Of a stretch of 64,000 nucleotides of DNA, positions 38,073 to 49,004 are shown in pieces. The position numbers and the translations under genes are program-made. Below the pieces are notes generated by a model. The model had not been told where the DNA came from, did no database searches, and saw only the letters and a list, made by a program, of their open reading frames with translations. The stretch is taken from IMG/VR virus record IMGVR_UViG_3300025015_000001, one strand, 5' to 3'. Position 1 is the stretch's first letter. Every line of letters starts with the position of its first letter. This stretch comes from a virus.

Positions 38073-41000
38073 TTAAAGTTCACAACTACCAGAAGTACAG
38101 GCTAATTCCTGACTACCAATAGTCTTATCCTCCTGTTCATATATTTTCAGTAAATCCCAATCAATTTTAACAGGCATATCTTCTATTAAAGAAAGATATT
38201 CTTTTTCTGAGATACTTTCATAAGGTTGTTGTTTATATGTATGCTCTGCTAAAGGTAAAAAAGAAACCCCACCTATTGAATCAAAATGCTTGTAAACCCA
38301 TGCTCCCACATCTAACCATTCTTCTTCTTTAACGTATACAGTTATGGAAGGATTATGCTCACACCAACTTTCTCGATAATGTAGCCAATGCTCTAATTGT
38401 TTAATAGCATTAATATCCTCTACACATATAGCAGAATCTGGACTTTTTTGGGGGAAACTAAATATATACAAAGAAGTGTTTAGGAGGTCTTCCTCATATG
38501 GAATTTTATGTTCAATAAGAACAGAAGATATTGGATCTTTTTTATCTAATCTAATCCTTCTTATAAAGAACTTTGAAAACCTTGGATGAATGCCTGACGA
38601 AGAATTAACTAACTGTGAAACTGTACCAGAAGGCTTAACTGCTGTTATAGCCATAGCAGAATTTATTCCCAATATCTCAGCATATTCCTTGTTAGTTGTA
38701 ATAGCTATATTTTTTAGAGAGTCTAGTAGACTTGGAAGTTTTTCCATATTTGATAATATTGAAAAATTTATGTTATCCATAATACCTGTCAAAGAGACAC
38801 CTAGTAATGCCTCTTCTTTTGTATTATCTGTCCATATCTTTCGTAAATATCTAAAATCAGACAGTGTTGCCTGTAGCGTCCCTAAAATAGTTGCTAATTT
38901 TACTTTAGTTTGAATAGCCTCTATAGTATCAAAATCTCGTATAATGACCTCTGAAAGATTACATACTTGATTTGGTCGTAAAATTATCTCAGCGCAGGGG
39001 TTCATTCCAAAATCTCTACCACTATCCCTCCTACCTGTTTTTTCTGCCTGTGCTTGTAGTGCTTTTCTATTAATAATCCCTCGTTCCCCACTTTTACTAT
39101 TATAAAGAGATAACCATTCCTGTATAAAAATACCTGTATCTGGACGCTCTGTATAAACTGCTGAGTTATTGGCAAGCTGTCTTTGTGGATTTTCTATCCA
39201 CCACTGCCCATTTTTTGCAACACGCATTCTATCATCAGAAACATTTGATAAACTTATCAATGATGAATTATGGGTGAGAATCCCACTTACTAAGAAACAG
39301 GCATCATTCTCCACCTGAATATCATAAGTATTTTTTTCTATTTCTGTCTTTTCAACACCTACAACTTTAATTGGTAGGTAAGTAAATTCTTTATTAGTAG
39401 TTTTAATGAATTTATGAAAACTTAAGTATATAGCTGATTTTCTTCTACAACTACAGTAGGAAGATGAAAACAATTTTTTATAAGAGGATTTTTTTAATAG
39501 ATTTTCGGGGACAACATATCCTCGTTCAGCTCTTTTTTCTACAAAAGAAGAGTCTTTTTCCCATTTAGAAGAGTATTTACCTATCTTCTGTCCAAAATCT
39601 TTAACTATGAATTGTCCTATAAGATTTAATCTATATAAACTTTTCCAATTAGGCTTATAATTTTCTTTTCTATCCAATTTTAAACAGGAAGGGATTCCTA
39701 AAGATGCTAATAATCCCTGTACCTGCTTTAGATATTCAGGGTACACTGAAGAAGCAACACAAATGGGTCTATTTCTTAGACTTCCATCAGCATCAAAAAG
39801 TCCTGCTATATATGCAGCCCGTATTTCAGATGTTCCTTCTAATATAAAGGTAGGAATATCAATACTTATTTTAGGTTTTTTAAATTGAGAAAGATATTCC
39901 GCTAATTGTTTAGAGGCAACTTCTGGTTTAGAACAATTTTCAGTAGTCATATGTTTAGGATTTATTTTTATACCAAAGCGTTCTAATTGTCTCATGACTC
40001 TCTTATGCTGCTCTGGTAGAGTATTAGCACATGCTATTGTGACTTTATCTGAACAATCATTTATCTTCCTATCAAATGTTCCTACATAACCATCCCCATG
40101 TAGCTGTCCAAAAAACCAAGCTAATTCTTCATCTAATTCAGGAATGGTAATATCTTTACAAGTTGAGGACATTTTAGGTTTATTGTACAACCATGAAGGT
40201 AATTGAGTTTTAGTGCCCTCAGTGGTTTCTGGAATAAACACTAAAGTATCAGTCTCTGCTAAATCTTTAGCCTCTTTATAAGAAACACCCCCCTCTAAAT
40301 CTGACAATACTGCCCATCTATGCTCATAACTACTCTCAAATACCCCCAACTGTGTTTTAATAGCTATCATATTTTTTAAACCTGTATTCTCAACAGCAAT
40401 AACTTTAGAATATTTATCTTTCCCTGTAGCTACTTCATCATCTATAGTGATATCTTTTATTTTTTTCAATCCTTTTCGTGTACTTATCATAGAATTTTCA
40501 GGTAAACATCTACGAACTCCACCAGATACTACAACTTCAGCTACTTTGCACATCAAATCATGACATTCAATAGAAGTCAACTTTCGACCAGAAGCCCCTT
40601 TAAAAATCTGAACAGCAAATTTAAATAATGCTTCCAAAGGTTCTTTTCCAGAAGCTCGACCACCAAAAGTTTTCAGTTTTGCCCCTTTAGGTCTAATTTT
40701 AGACATATCCCATTTAGGCACTTGTCCATTCCATAGTAAAGAAAGTAACTCCCTAAAAGCAGTTGCCCACCCTATTTTGGAATCCTTAATAATAATAATT
40801 GTATCAGTATCACTAAAAGTTTCAGCTATTTCTGGCAGTTGGTTAATGTACTGTCTTTCTACACTGAACCCAATTCCTGCACCACACATAAGAATATACA
40901 TGGCCTCATCAAAAACTTTAGGTGAGTCAATTGGTGAGTAACTACAGTTAAAGGCAGCGATGTTGTCTTTTTCTAGTGCTTTTCCAGCAGTCATTAAAGC

Positions 41001-41195
41001 CCTCATTGAAGGCATTATTTCTTGCTTATACACAGCATCTCTTAATTCCTGCCAAGGAATATCTTTATCAGAGTATCTATTTTTAAAAAATCCAATATAC
41101 CTATCTACCGTTTCCTCCCAATTCTCTCGCCTACCTTCTGAATCTACCCACTTTGCATATTTTGATTTATAAATAATTTCTTGGTACAAATTCAT
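38073..41195 (-). CDS. nrdJ: class II (adenosylcobalamin-dependent) ribonucleotide reductase containing an intein
   Basis: MPSMRAL, FNCS, NPCAEI, TAVKPSGTVSQL, C-terminal CTSGSC. Confidence 0.93.
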   Translation of the reverse strand: MNLYQEIIYKSKYAKWVDSEGRRENWEETVDRYIGFFKNRYSDKDIPWQELRDAVYKQEIMPSMRALMTAGKALEKDNIAAFNCSYSPIDSPKVFDEAMYILMCGAGIGFSVERQYINQLPEIAETFSDTDTIIIIKDSKIGWATAFRELLSLLWNGQVPKWDMSKIRPKGAKLKTFGGRASGKEPLEALFKFAVQIFKGASGRKLTSIECHDLMCKVAEVVVSGGVRRCLPENSMISTRKGLKKIKDITIDDEVATGKDKYSKVIAVENTGLKNMIAIKTQLGVFESSYEHRWAVLSDLEGGVSYKEAKDLAETDTLVFIPETTEGTKTQLPSWLYNKPKMSSTCKDITIPELDEELAWFFGQLHGDGYVGTFDRKINDCSDKVTIACANTLPEQHKRVMRQLERFGIKINPKHMTTENCSKPEVASKQLAEYLSQFKKPKISIDIPTFILEGTSEIRAAYIAGLFDADGSLRNRPICVASSVYPEYLKQVQGLLASLGIPSCLKLDRKENYKPNWKSLYRLNLIGQFIVKDFGQKIGKYSSKWEKDSSFVEKRAERGYVVPENLLKKSSYKKLFSSSYCSCRRKSAIYLSFHKFIKTTNKEFTYLPIKVVGVEKTEIEKNTYDIQVENDACFLVSGILTHNSSLISLSNVSDDRMRVAKNGQWWIENPQRQLANNSAVYTERPDTGIFIQEWLSLYNSKSGERGIINRKALQAQAEKTGRRDSGRDFGMNPCAEIILRPNQVCNLSEVIIRDFDTIEAIQTKVKLATILGTLQATLSDFRYLRKIWTDNTKEEALLGVSLTGIMDNINFSILSNMEKLPSLLDSLKNIAITTNKEYAEILGINSAMAITAVKPSGTVSQLVNSSSGIHPRFSKFFIRRIRLDKKDPISSVLIEHKIPYEEDLLNTSLYIFSFPQKSPDSAICVEDINAIKQLEHWLHYRESWCEHNPSITVYVKEEEWLDVGAWVYKHFDSIGGVSFLPLAEHTYKQQPYESISEKEYLSLIEDMPVKIDWDLLKIYEQEDKTIGSQELACTSGSCEL
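39267..40508 (-). mobile_element. LAGLIDADG intein in nrdJ (414 aa)
   Basis: GGVRR|CLPEN...ILTHN|SSLISLS; FFGQLHGDG and IAGLFDADG. Confidence 0.92.
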
Positions 41196-41208
41196 CAGAA
41201 TCTCCTCT

Positions 41209-41337
41209 TTAATTATTTTTATAGTATGTATCTAAAATGCGCCTCAATAGCTCTGCTATGGAAATTCCTAATTTTTCAGAATTATTTTTTAATAAAGCAT
41301 ACTGGTTTTCTGTTAAACAGACTTGTGTTCTTTTCAT
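41209..41337 (-). CDS. ribbon-helix-helix (CopG-like) regulator, 42 aa
   Basis: Manually translated MKRTQVCLTENQYALLKNNSEKLGISIAELLRRILDTYYKNN; directly upstream of nrdJ. Confidence 0.7.
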   Translation of the reverse strand: MKRTQVCLTENQYALLKNNSEKLGISIAELLRRILDTYYKNN

Positions 41338-41580
41338 AGTACATCTCCATGACATTAATCTTACATCAATTTTACACCATTTTTATTTTAAAATCCTAAA
41401 ATTCATATAATATTTTTAAGCCTATAATTCCTTACAATAATCACCTTTAGCCAAATGATTGGCTACACGCCTACATAAACCCTCCCAATCCTCAATAACA
41501 TTACCATCTTTATCTTTAAGATAATAAGATTTTTTCAATAAGTTTTTCTGCGTGCGGCGTTAACTGCATGTTGTTCCCCT

Positions 41581-41868
41581 TTATATAAATTTTTTACTTT
41601 CTTCTATAATATCTTTAATATCACTTATCTCATCTTGTGTTAAATGTACTTTTGCGTAATGCTCATTTAATTCTTTAAGTAGTTCCTTAGCAGTTCTACC
41701 TACCCATTCTGTCTTTGATTCATCTTGAGGTACATCATCATGCAATCCATAATGCGCCCTTTCAGCTATTACATGAGCCAATAATTTCATTAGCAATTGT
41801 TTATTATAATGCAATTCATATGCTAAGTCAACATTTATTTTTGCTACCTTTTGCGTAGACTTTTCCAT
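41581..41868 (-). CDS. hypothetical protein
   Basis: GGAGG SD. Confidence 0.65.
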   Translation of the reverse strand: MEKSTQKVAKINVDLAYELHYNKQLLMKLLAHVIAERAHYGLHDDVPQDESKTEWVGRTAKELLKELNEHYAKVHLTQDEISDIKDIIEESKKFI

Positions 41869-41886
41869 ATTTTCCTCCTAAATGCA

Positions 41887-42111
41887 TTAATGTACTGTTG
41901 TATTACCATCTTTGTTAACAATTTTACTTATAGCTTGTTCTAATTCTATTGGTGTGACTATTTTTTTCATAAACAACGTATCCATCATTGCTGTTATTAG
42001 CAGCATAAGTTGATCATTCTGTTTTTCTGCCATTTCTAATCTGTTAGCTAAAGCTTTAATACTATTAATAGATTGCCTAAATATTAATAATTCTTCTTCA
42101 TTATCATACAT
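41887..42111 (-). CDS. hypothetical protein
   Basis: ORF in the operon. Confidence 0.6.
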   Translation of the reverse strand: MYDNEEELLIFRQSINSIKALANRLEMAEKQNDQLMLLITAMMDTLFMKKIVTPIELEQAISKIVNKDGNTTVH

Positions 42112-42113
42112 CT

Positions 42114-42428
42114 TTATACACCATTATCTATCATATTCTTTATCTTAGTTAATTGTAATGCTTCTTCTAATTCACAATTTGGTACGGTTAACATATCATC
42201 TATAGCCTCTCTTAAGGATGGGTATTTTTTAGCAGATGAAATATTACTATATGCACCGACTAAAGTAAAGCCACCAAAAACACAAGGTGGATATATAGCT
42301 GCATGAGTAGAATTATTATAGTATATTTGTAATACCTTAGTTGTACTTGCAGCTTCACATAAAGATTTAGGGCAAAGTATGCAATCTTTTGGTTTATTTT
42401 TTATAATCTTTTCTGCATCTACTATCAC
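42114..42428 (-). CDS. member of the LTK-motif paralog family
   Basis: C-terminal EAIDDML...ELEEALQLTKIKN. Confidence 0.6.
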   Translation of the reverse strand: MIVDAEKIIKNKPKDCILCPKSLCEAASTTKVLQIYYNNSTHAAIYPPCVFGGFTLVGAYSNISSAKKYPSLREAIDDMLTVPNCELEEALQLTKIKNMIDNGV

Positions 42429-42509
42429 AGCATACTCCTAATTTTAGTTATAATTTATATTATAAGAATAGAATATTCCTTAAATAAATTTAAAAAATTT
42501 TTAAAAAAA

Positions 42510-43856
42510 TTAAATAAATAACAATCGATTTGTTTCTATATCATCCATCTCTTCATTTATGTACGCCTTAGATCTATCGAATGTGAGGGAAATTTTATCC
42601 CACTTCTTGCCTTCTTTGTTTTTGGCTGTATAAACTATAAGTTTGTTATTGTCAAGAGCTTCTTTATCTTCGTTCAGAGAAAGTACACCATGTGCTATAT
42701 GAGTTTTCTCCCTGCTCTCACCAGCATTAGTCAAGTCAACAACTTCCTTATTAAATCCTTCTGAATTAGACTGACATGCGGTTATTACTGGTATTTTATA
42801 TATTTGTGCTAACCTTTTTAGATCCCTATATATTTCAGATTGCTGGTCTCTTTTTAATTCATAGTTATCAACCGGTTTCATTATATCAGCGTAATCTATT
42901 ATTATAAAATCAGGAACAAAATTATGATATCCTTCCAATAATGATAAATGGGATATAATGGTATTAACGGATATACTTTTAGCGTGGTACTCTTTTATAA
43001 GCAAATCTGAATTTTTATATTTAATACTGTGGCCTTTCATCTTATTTTCTACTGCCTCAAATGATATATTTACTTCCCTCATTCCTATATTAGTCATTAC
43101 TGCATCTAATCTATTTTCTATAAGTTCCTTTGGATCGTCTATAGAATAGAATATTCCTTTTTTATCCTGCAATAATCCAGATACACCGATATTTAGCAAG
43201 AATGATGTTTTGCCTCTATTAACTGGGGCTAGCACTACCCATAGCTCACCTTTCCCCATTCCACCGTTACACAATTCTGTTAGTGTTGGGCTAAATACAA
43301 ATCTAATCTTATCTGAATTTTCCACTTTATGTAATCTATCTTCTAATCTCTGCCTATAGTCTTTGATATAAAAACTACCTAAATCATTTTTATCAACCCC
43401 TATTTTTAAAGCTTCTTCTAATTTCTTTTTAATAATCTCATAGTTACCCCCTGTATTAAAGACATCTATACCAGCAGTCATAGCCTCAAATACAGCTTGT
43501 CTTTGAGCAAAGAATTTAGCCTCGTCTCTTATGTACTCTAAGTCTTCAACATCCATTGTAAATATCTGCTGAACTAGATCAACAGTATCACTCCAATCAG
43601 CGTTGGGTTTTAGTTTAGTTAGCTTATCAATTTTCTTTTCTAATTCCTGAGTTACTACTGTAAATGTAGGAACTGATTTATACTTATAAAAATAATCCTT
43701 TATAATCTTACATACAGTTTTATGTTCAGCTAGGGTAAAGTATGATAATTGAATTATATCGTCATACCTGACCAAAAAATCCTTATCTCTAACTAAGAGA
43801 GCTAATATCTTAGTTTGAAACTGTGGACTGTATTTATCTGTATATTCATTAGACAT
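42510..43856 (-). CDS. DnaB/gp41-like replicative helicase
   Basis: APVNRGKT Walker A, IIIDYAD Walker B, TACQSN. Confidence 0.88.
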   Translation of the reverse strand: MSNEYTDKYSPQFQTKILALLVRDKDFLVRYDDIIQLSYFTLAEHKTVCKIIKDYFYKYKSVPTFTVVTQELEKKIDKLTKLKPNADWSDTVDLVQQIFTMDVEDLEYIRDEAKFFAQRQAVFEAMTAGIDVFNTGGNYEIIKKKLEEALKIGVDKNDLGSFYIKDYRQRLEDRLHKVENSDKIRFVFSPTLTELCNGGMGKGELWVVLAPVNRGKTSFLLNIGVSGLLQDKKGIFYSIDDPKELIENRLDAVMTNIGMREVNISFEAVENKMKGHSIKYKNSDLLIKEYHAKSISVNTIISHLSLLEGYHNFVPDFIIIDYADIMKPVDNYELKRDQQSEIYRDLKRLAQIYKIPVITACQSNSEGFNKEVVDLTNAGESREKTHIAHGVLSLNEDKEALDNNKLIVYTAKNKEGKKWDKISLTFDRSKAYINEEMDDIETNRLLFI

Positions 43857-43900
43857 TTTTTAGCGCCCTTATTAGGTGTATATTACAATTTTCAATTTTG

Positions 43901-44179
43901 TTATCTATTCTTTCCTATACCTAAACCTAGGTAATCTGGAAAATTATCACAAAAAGTTAAATTATGCGCGGATAAACCATCAGGTATTTGCCCCACGCCT
44001 ATCTGCATATAATCTACATCGTCTATAACCTTACCTGTCTTTAGTAAACGGACTGTACATCGGTTTTGTGATGGGTGTGGGTACTTTTTAATAATCTCCA
44101 GCTCTTCTCCAGAACTTATTAAATAATTTATCGTCCTCATCATAAAAATTACTATATACCAAACATTTAATAAATGCAA
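43901..44179 (-). CDS. hypothetical protein
   Basis: ORF; start uncertain. Confidence 0.45.
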   Translation of the reverse strand: MHLLNVWYIVIFMMRTINYLISSGEELEIIKKYPHPSQNRCTVRLLKTGKVIDDVDYMQIGVGQIPDGLSAHNLTFCDNFPDYLGLGIGKNR

Positions 44180-44294
44180 GTAAAATCTTTCGTTACTTAA
44201 AATTTACTAGATAATGAAATCGAAAATCATTTTCAAAACCACTCACTTTGTTTAAAAATGTAGTCACTGATAAATGATCTGGTGGTGTACAGGT

Positions 44295-45053
44295 TTACAC
44301 ATAAGGGAGGATTGTTTCTTTTTCCTGCGTAGTAAGTTTGATTGTTTTAATTACTTCTTCTTTTTTTAATTGAAGCTTTTCTATATAAGCAGGTCCTCTA
44401 TTATAAAGAGACTTATTCATTTTCTCTATTTTAGGTTTAAATATATTTAATCTTGGATCCTCTCTGTTCAGGTTTTTATTTAGGTACAAATAAGCAGGGC
44501 ATACTGAGTTCTGGTTAATAGTAGGTATTTTTCTCTCTTCAATAGACAAAATAATAGAAGTCAAGTCCTCGGTAGTTAGAGGACTTGTAGTCTTTTGAAC
44601 TCTCTTTAGGTTTTGAACTACAAGATTTATATCATCGCTGAGAGATAATATATTTTCGTCCGGTACTAAGGGTAGGTTTATGTAGTGGTCTAGATATTCT
44701 TCTATTTTAGGTTTTCCTACTTTATATTGTAGGTCTTCTATAAATCTAGTAAATCTATCTATAGATTTTTTATTATAAAAAAGAGTTACTGGTAGTGGTT
44801 TATTCTTCCACTTCTTATATATAGGAGATCTCCAGACAGTTTCATGTTGTATACGCAGATATAGCTTTACTTGATTTAATTCTAGTAGGTTTAATTCTTG
44901 CAGGAATGTACATAAATTCTTAAATTTAGTATAATTAGTCCCTTTTTCTATAGTAGTAAGCTCTGGTAGTGAGTGATTAACTCTCTTTATTATTTGCTCT
45001 GTATAATCGTCATAGATCAACGAAACAGATTTTATAAATTCATTATTCATCAC
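44295..45053 (-). CDS. hypothetical protein
   Basis: 252-aa ORF. Confidence 0.7.
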   Translation of the reverse strand: MMNNEFIKSVSLIYDDYTEQIIKRVNHSLPELTTIEKGTNYTKFKNLCTFLQELNLLELNQVKLYLRIQHETVWRSPIYKKWKNKPLPVTLFYNKKSIDRFTRFIEDLQYKVGKPKIEEYLDHYINLPLVPDENILSLSDDINLVVQNLKRVQKTTSPLTTEDLTSIILSIEERKIPTINQNSVCPAYLYLNKNLNREDPRLNIFKPKIEKMNKSLYNRGPAYIEKLQLKKEEVIKTIKLTTQEKETILPYV

Positions 45054-45130
45054 AGATCCTTTTAGTTAATAAAAACAAACCAAAGTCAAGAGCAAGATCT
45101 TTAGAAACTCAGCTACGCTTCGTTTCGTTA

Positions 45131-45823
45131 CTAATATTTACGTTTACGTACAATCGGACCAGAGGAAAGTATTTGTTCAGTAAAACTTTTTTGTTTAACT
45201 TGTGTAATTACTTTATCTTTTTTTCTTTTCTTCTTTCTCTTTAAGGTCTTACTATCTATAGGCTTCTTATTAAGAGTTTTATTATTATCTATTTCATTTA
45301 AATTTGTAACTAACCCCGACTTGCACCTTATAAGCACGTCAAAAATGTTAAAAAAATCACTCATGATTTCTTCATTTTTTAAGCGTACTACATGTTTAGG
45401 TAAGATATTTAAAAGGCGTTTATATCTAGCTTTATCATAAGCTTGTTGGGCTAAATCAGTATGATAACCCCCGTCAACTTCGATAATTATTTGCTCTTTT
45501 ACTAGATAAAAATCTATTATATAACCCTTCAAAACCAATGCATTATTTTCTTTTTTTCTATAAGCTATAGGTTTTTGAAAATGATACATTATATTTTCTT
45601 TATCTAGTAGTTGCTTGAGTCGAAGCTCAGCTTCTGTAGGAGAAGTACGCATCTTTTTTGCCTTCCTCTCTAGCCAATCAAAAAGTTCTTTCTGCTTTTT
45701 AACTGTTCGATCTGCATCTGCTTCTTTCTTAGCTGCACTAGCTTTTTTAGTCCCTTGCCGATTTGCAATATAACGTTCATACGCAGCTAATGATAGAAAT
45801 TTATGCCCGTCGATACTTAGCAT
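45131..45823 (-). CDS. DUF559/Vsr-like endonuclease
   Basis: TEAELRL, IIDFY, IEVDGGYH, VVRLKNEE. Confidence 0.8.
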   Translation of the reverse strand: MLSIDGHKFLSLAAYERYIANRQGTKKASAAKKEADADRTVKKQKELFDWLERKAKKMRTSPTEAELRLKQLLDKENIMYHFQKPIAYRKKENNALVLKGYIIDFYLVKEQIIIEVDGGYHTDLAQQAYDKARYKRLLNILPKHVVRLKNEEIMSDFFNIFDVLIRCKSGLVTNLNEIDNNKTLNKKPIDSKTLKRKKKRKKDKVITQVKQKSFTEQILSSGPIVRKRKY

Positions 45824-46002
45824 TACTTCTCCTATCCTACCTAATATGTCAACAAAATGCTTTCTTCAGCGTTACAGTAGATATTAGAAGCGCTGGCCGC
45901 TTCCGCTCTACATCCTAGGTAATGGTGTCAACCTGGAACTGAGTCACTCTGTATCCCTCGCCCTATTACAGTATCATAAAGTAGCTGGCCCACTTTCAAC
46001 TG

Positions 46003-46401
46003 TCATAAATTTCCCCGGCAATTTAGGGTATTTGCTTTTCTAACTATTACTTTCTTCGTGCTACTAATATTTTCTTTTTTACTCTGCAACCAAGGATGAA
46101 TTTCTGAATGACAAGCGTGACACAGAGTTTGCCCATTGTCTAAACTAAATCTTTCTTTTTTATAACTAGCCCATGGTACAATATGATGTACTTCTACACG
46201 AATTTTGGAATTGCATTTTACACAACAATTATTATCCCTAATTAAGCAAAAATCTCTCCAATATTTATACTTACTACAAGACCTCAACTCCTTATTATTC
46301 TTACCTTGTATAGGAGTTTCTATAACAATTTTTTTAGCTTTATAGTATTTTTTCTTTTTATTATATGTAAATCCACACCCACTTAGCCCACCCCAATTCA
46401 T
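46003..46401 (-). CDS. HNH endonuclease
   Basis: RDNNCCVKC, VHHIVPW, DNGQTLCHACH. Confidence 0.88.
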   Translation of the reverse strand: MNWGGLSGCGFTYNKKKKYYKAKKIVIETPIQGKNNKELRSCSKYKYWRDFCLIRDNNCCVKCNSKIRVEVHHIVPWASYKKERFSLDNGQTLCHACHSEIHPWLQSKKENISSTKKVIVRKANTLNCRGNL

Positions 46402-46451
46402 ATTCAGTACCTAGCATGTTTTTACTTATCCAATTAGTTTTCTATTTAAAC

Positions 46452-46573
46452 ACTTTATCAGAAAATATTTCAATTGTCAACAAAGAAATAGTATACCACA
46501 AATATTTTTAAAAAATTTTCAAATTATGAAAATAATTCTTGACTATAGACTAAATATATGTTATTATTATAAT
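46452..46573. promoter_or_regulatory. divergent sigma70 promoter region at the strand switch
   Basis: Plus strand TTGACT (46539)-N17-TATTAT; minus strand TTGACA (46480)-N17-TAAAGT. Confidence 0.55.
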
Positions 46574-46620
46574 ATAAATTTTTAATGCTATAAGCATAGC
46601 ACAGAATAAAGGAGAAGTCA

Positions 46621-46944
46621 ATGATGAAAGTTTCAAGGGATAATTTTACATGTCCTGCTATGGATTTATCTGCACTCAGTATAACAACATCCATATCTAC
46701 ATCTACTATACCATCTAGCGTGGCTAGCCCTTACCATGGTTATTCAACTTATAAGCCACCATTTACAATTTATAAGCCACCATTTACAATTAGTAAAGAT
46801 TCAGACGGAACATGGCAGATTGTTGTTACTACTAAAAATAATAAATTTGCCAGAAGTGTATTACAAGCTTTACTAAATGATTGTGATGACTTAGGATTAG
46901 AAGAATCTATAGAAGTTACCGAACAAATTAATAAGGCCATATGA
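46621..46944 (+). CDS. hypothetical protein with a 21-bp tandem duplication (YKPPFTI x2, 46750-46791)
   Basis: GGAG SD; exact direct repeat. Confidence 0.6.
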   Translation: MMKVSRDNFTCPAMDLSALSITTSISTSTIPSSVASPYHGYSTYKPPFTIYKPPFTISKDSDGTWQIVVTTKNNKFARSVLQALLNDCDDLGLEESIEVTEQINKAI

Positions 46945-47249
46945 TGGAATGGGGAGATTGTAAAGAGTGTCCTAAGTTTGTTTGTGATTCTGGTATTTAT
47001 AACAGAACAAAGGAAATTTTTACACGAGGTAACATACTAAAAACTCCAGAGGTCTCTATCAGACCTATCTGTTTACTTAAAGACCATTTTAGAATCGATT
47101 ATTGGTTTATATCTAAAACAGACAGAGAGCAAAAATTTAATTCTCTACAAGAAGCTCTGATTTATTTAGTAGAAAACGTAGAACTATCCTTTGAAAACTT
47201 ACTATATTATACTAAAATTAAGAATGAGATAAATGAATATAATAGTTAA
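46941..47249 (+). CDS. member of the LTK-motif paralog family
   Basis: EALIYLVENVELSFENLLYYTKIKN. Confidence 0.6.
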   Translation: MMEWGDCKECPKFVCDSGIYNRTKEIFTRGNILKTPEVSIRPICLLKDHFRIDYWFISKTDREQKFNSLQEALIYLVENVELSFENLLYYTKIKNEINEYNS

Positions 47250-48774
47250 CCCAATCTACTCAGAAATAGATGGGGTATTTCCCTCCTCACTAAAAGAGCA
47301 TTTATCATTTTTCTCACCGGGCTATAAATTTAGCCCTAAGTATAAAGGGTTATGTATAGCAAATAGAAAATGTGATAGTTTATTATGTAATTGCATATTT
47401 TATTCTACCTGTGTAGATAAAATAATTAGGTATAAAAATAAAAAAAAGATAACATTATGTAAAGATACCAAATCGTGTAAGCATCAAGTACGAAGATGTA
47501 ATTCTAAAGATGAATGCAAATACAGAAAGAGACAATGGGACGGAAAGATATCCTTATTAACCAAAAATAAATTTCCAACAGGATTACTTTCAAAAGTAAA
47601 GCAGTTTTTTGATCTAAATAATATAAAATATATAATAGAGGATAATAGATCATTTGCTAAGAAAGACACATTTAAACTATCAGAAGATTTTACAGCATGG
47701 GAACATCAGACAAAAGCTCTTAAGATTGGTATAGAAAAAAAGAACGGTATCTTCTCAGTAGCAACATCTGGGGGAAAGACTAATATTGCTGCAATGATAA
47801 TTGCTGATATAGGGCAGCCTACCATATTTTTAACACATCTAAAAGGACTTCTACACCAGACAAAAGAAAGATTTGAGAATTTATTAAATTGCGAGGTTGG
47901 TATTGTTGGTGACAATAAATTTAATGTAAAGCCTATTACAGTTGCTAGTATACAAACTATAATTAGTCATATAGAATCAGAAAAAGATTTAGAATGGCTT
48001 AAACAATTTAAAGTAATGATATGTGACGAAGTTCACCATCTCTCTAGTAATACTTGGGTTAACGTATGCAGACGTTTAGATGCCCCCTATAGATTTGGAT
48101 TAAGCGGGACGGTAGACTTATCAGATAATGGCATGCTATTGGAAGCGTATACTGGCCCTATCTTATATAGTATTAATTTAGATTATCTTGAGAAAAACAA
48201 ACACATATCACCATTCTCAGTTAAAATTATAAATATAGACAAACCTAAAGTATTTAAACAGAATTATAAAGATGTATATGATATCGGTATTATTAATAAT
48301 ACTTATAGAAATGAACAGATTGTAAAATTAGCAAAACTATACTATAAAAAAGATAAACCAACTTTAATATTGTTTCGTTACATAAAACATGGTATACTAT
48401 TATGTAGTATGTTGAAGAAGATGAAGCTTCGGCACGAGTTCATCTATCAGAATACTAAAACAGAGGAGCGTATAAGAATTAAAAATGATGTAGAAAATGG
48501 TAACTGTAAAATTTTAGTAGCATCATCTGTATTTGATGAGGGGGAAAATTTACCATCTGTTAGTGTTTTAGTATTGGCCGGAGGAGAAAAAGGAGGCTTA
48601 TCTGGGCGTAGATTACTTCAAAGAATAGGAAGGGTGCTTAGACTAGCAGAAGGCAAGACAGAAGCCATTATATTTGATTTTAGTGATAATATACATAAGT
48701 ATCTCAAAGACCACTCAGATCAGAGGTTGCGGGTGTATAAAGATAACAAAATTAAGTGGAAGGTTTTGGAATGA
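47233..48774 (+). CDS. superfamily 2 (UvsW-like) DNA helicase with a Cys-rich N-terminal insertion
   Basis: VATSGGKT, ICDEVH, LSGT, QRIGRVLR. Confidence 0.9.
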   Translation: MNIIVNPIYSEIDGVFPSSLKEHLSFFSPGYKFSPKYKGLCIANRKCDSLLCNCIFYSTCVDKIIRYKNKKKITLCKDTKSCKHQVRRCNSKDECKYRKRQWDGKISLLTKNKFPTGLLSKVKQFFDLNNIKYIIEDNRSFAKKDTFKLSEDFTAWEHQTKALKIGIEKKNGIFSVATSGGKTNIAAMIIADIGQPTIFLTHLKGLLHQTKERFENLLNCEVGIVGDNKFNVKPITVASIQTIISHIESEKDLEWLKQFKVMICDEVHHLSSNTWVNVCRRLDAPYRFGLSGTVDLSDNGMLLEAYTGPILYSINLDYLEKNKHISPFSVKIINIDKPKVFKQNYKDVYDIGIINNTYRNEQIVKLAKLYYKKDKPTLILFRYIKHGILLCSMLKKMKLRHEFIYQNTKTEERIRIKNDVENGNCKILVASSVFDEGENLPSVSVLVLAGGEKGGLSGRRLLQRIGRVLRLAEGKTEAIIFDFSDNIHKYLKDHSDQRLRVYKDNKIKWKVLE

Positions 48775-49004
48775 ATAAGTATGTTTTATTTCATACCGGG
48801 AGGTATGAAATAACCGAGCATAGTCGAGCTTTACTAGATAGTAAATATGTCACTTACTATAAAGTAAGAGATAAGTGGTATAATTGGGTAAATGAGTACT
48901 TTAACATATACGAAGCCATCGATTATTTATTCGATTGCCCTATGTCTCTTGAGGATGTTATACAACTTACTAAATTAAAAATTCATTATGATAATAATAG
49001 ATGA
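48756..49004 (+). CDS. member of the LTK-motif paralog family
   Basis: EAIDYLFDCPMSLEDVIQLTKLK. Confidence 0.6.
   Translation: MEGFGMNKYVLFHTGRYEITEHSRALLDSKYVTYYKVRDKWYNWVNEYFNIYEAIDYLFDCPMSLEDVIQLTKLKIHYDNNR

Noticed and set aside
45850-46000. Riboswitch or intron between the HNH and DUF559 genes
   Set aside because: The stretch is slightly GC-richer with a short GGCCAGC repeat, but has no recognisable aptamer or intron motif.
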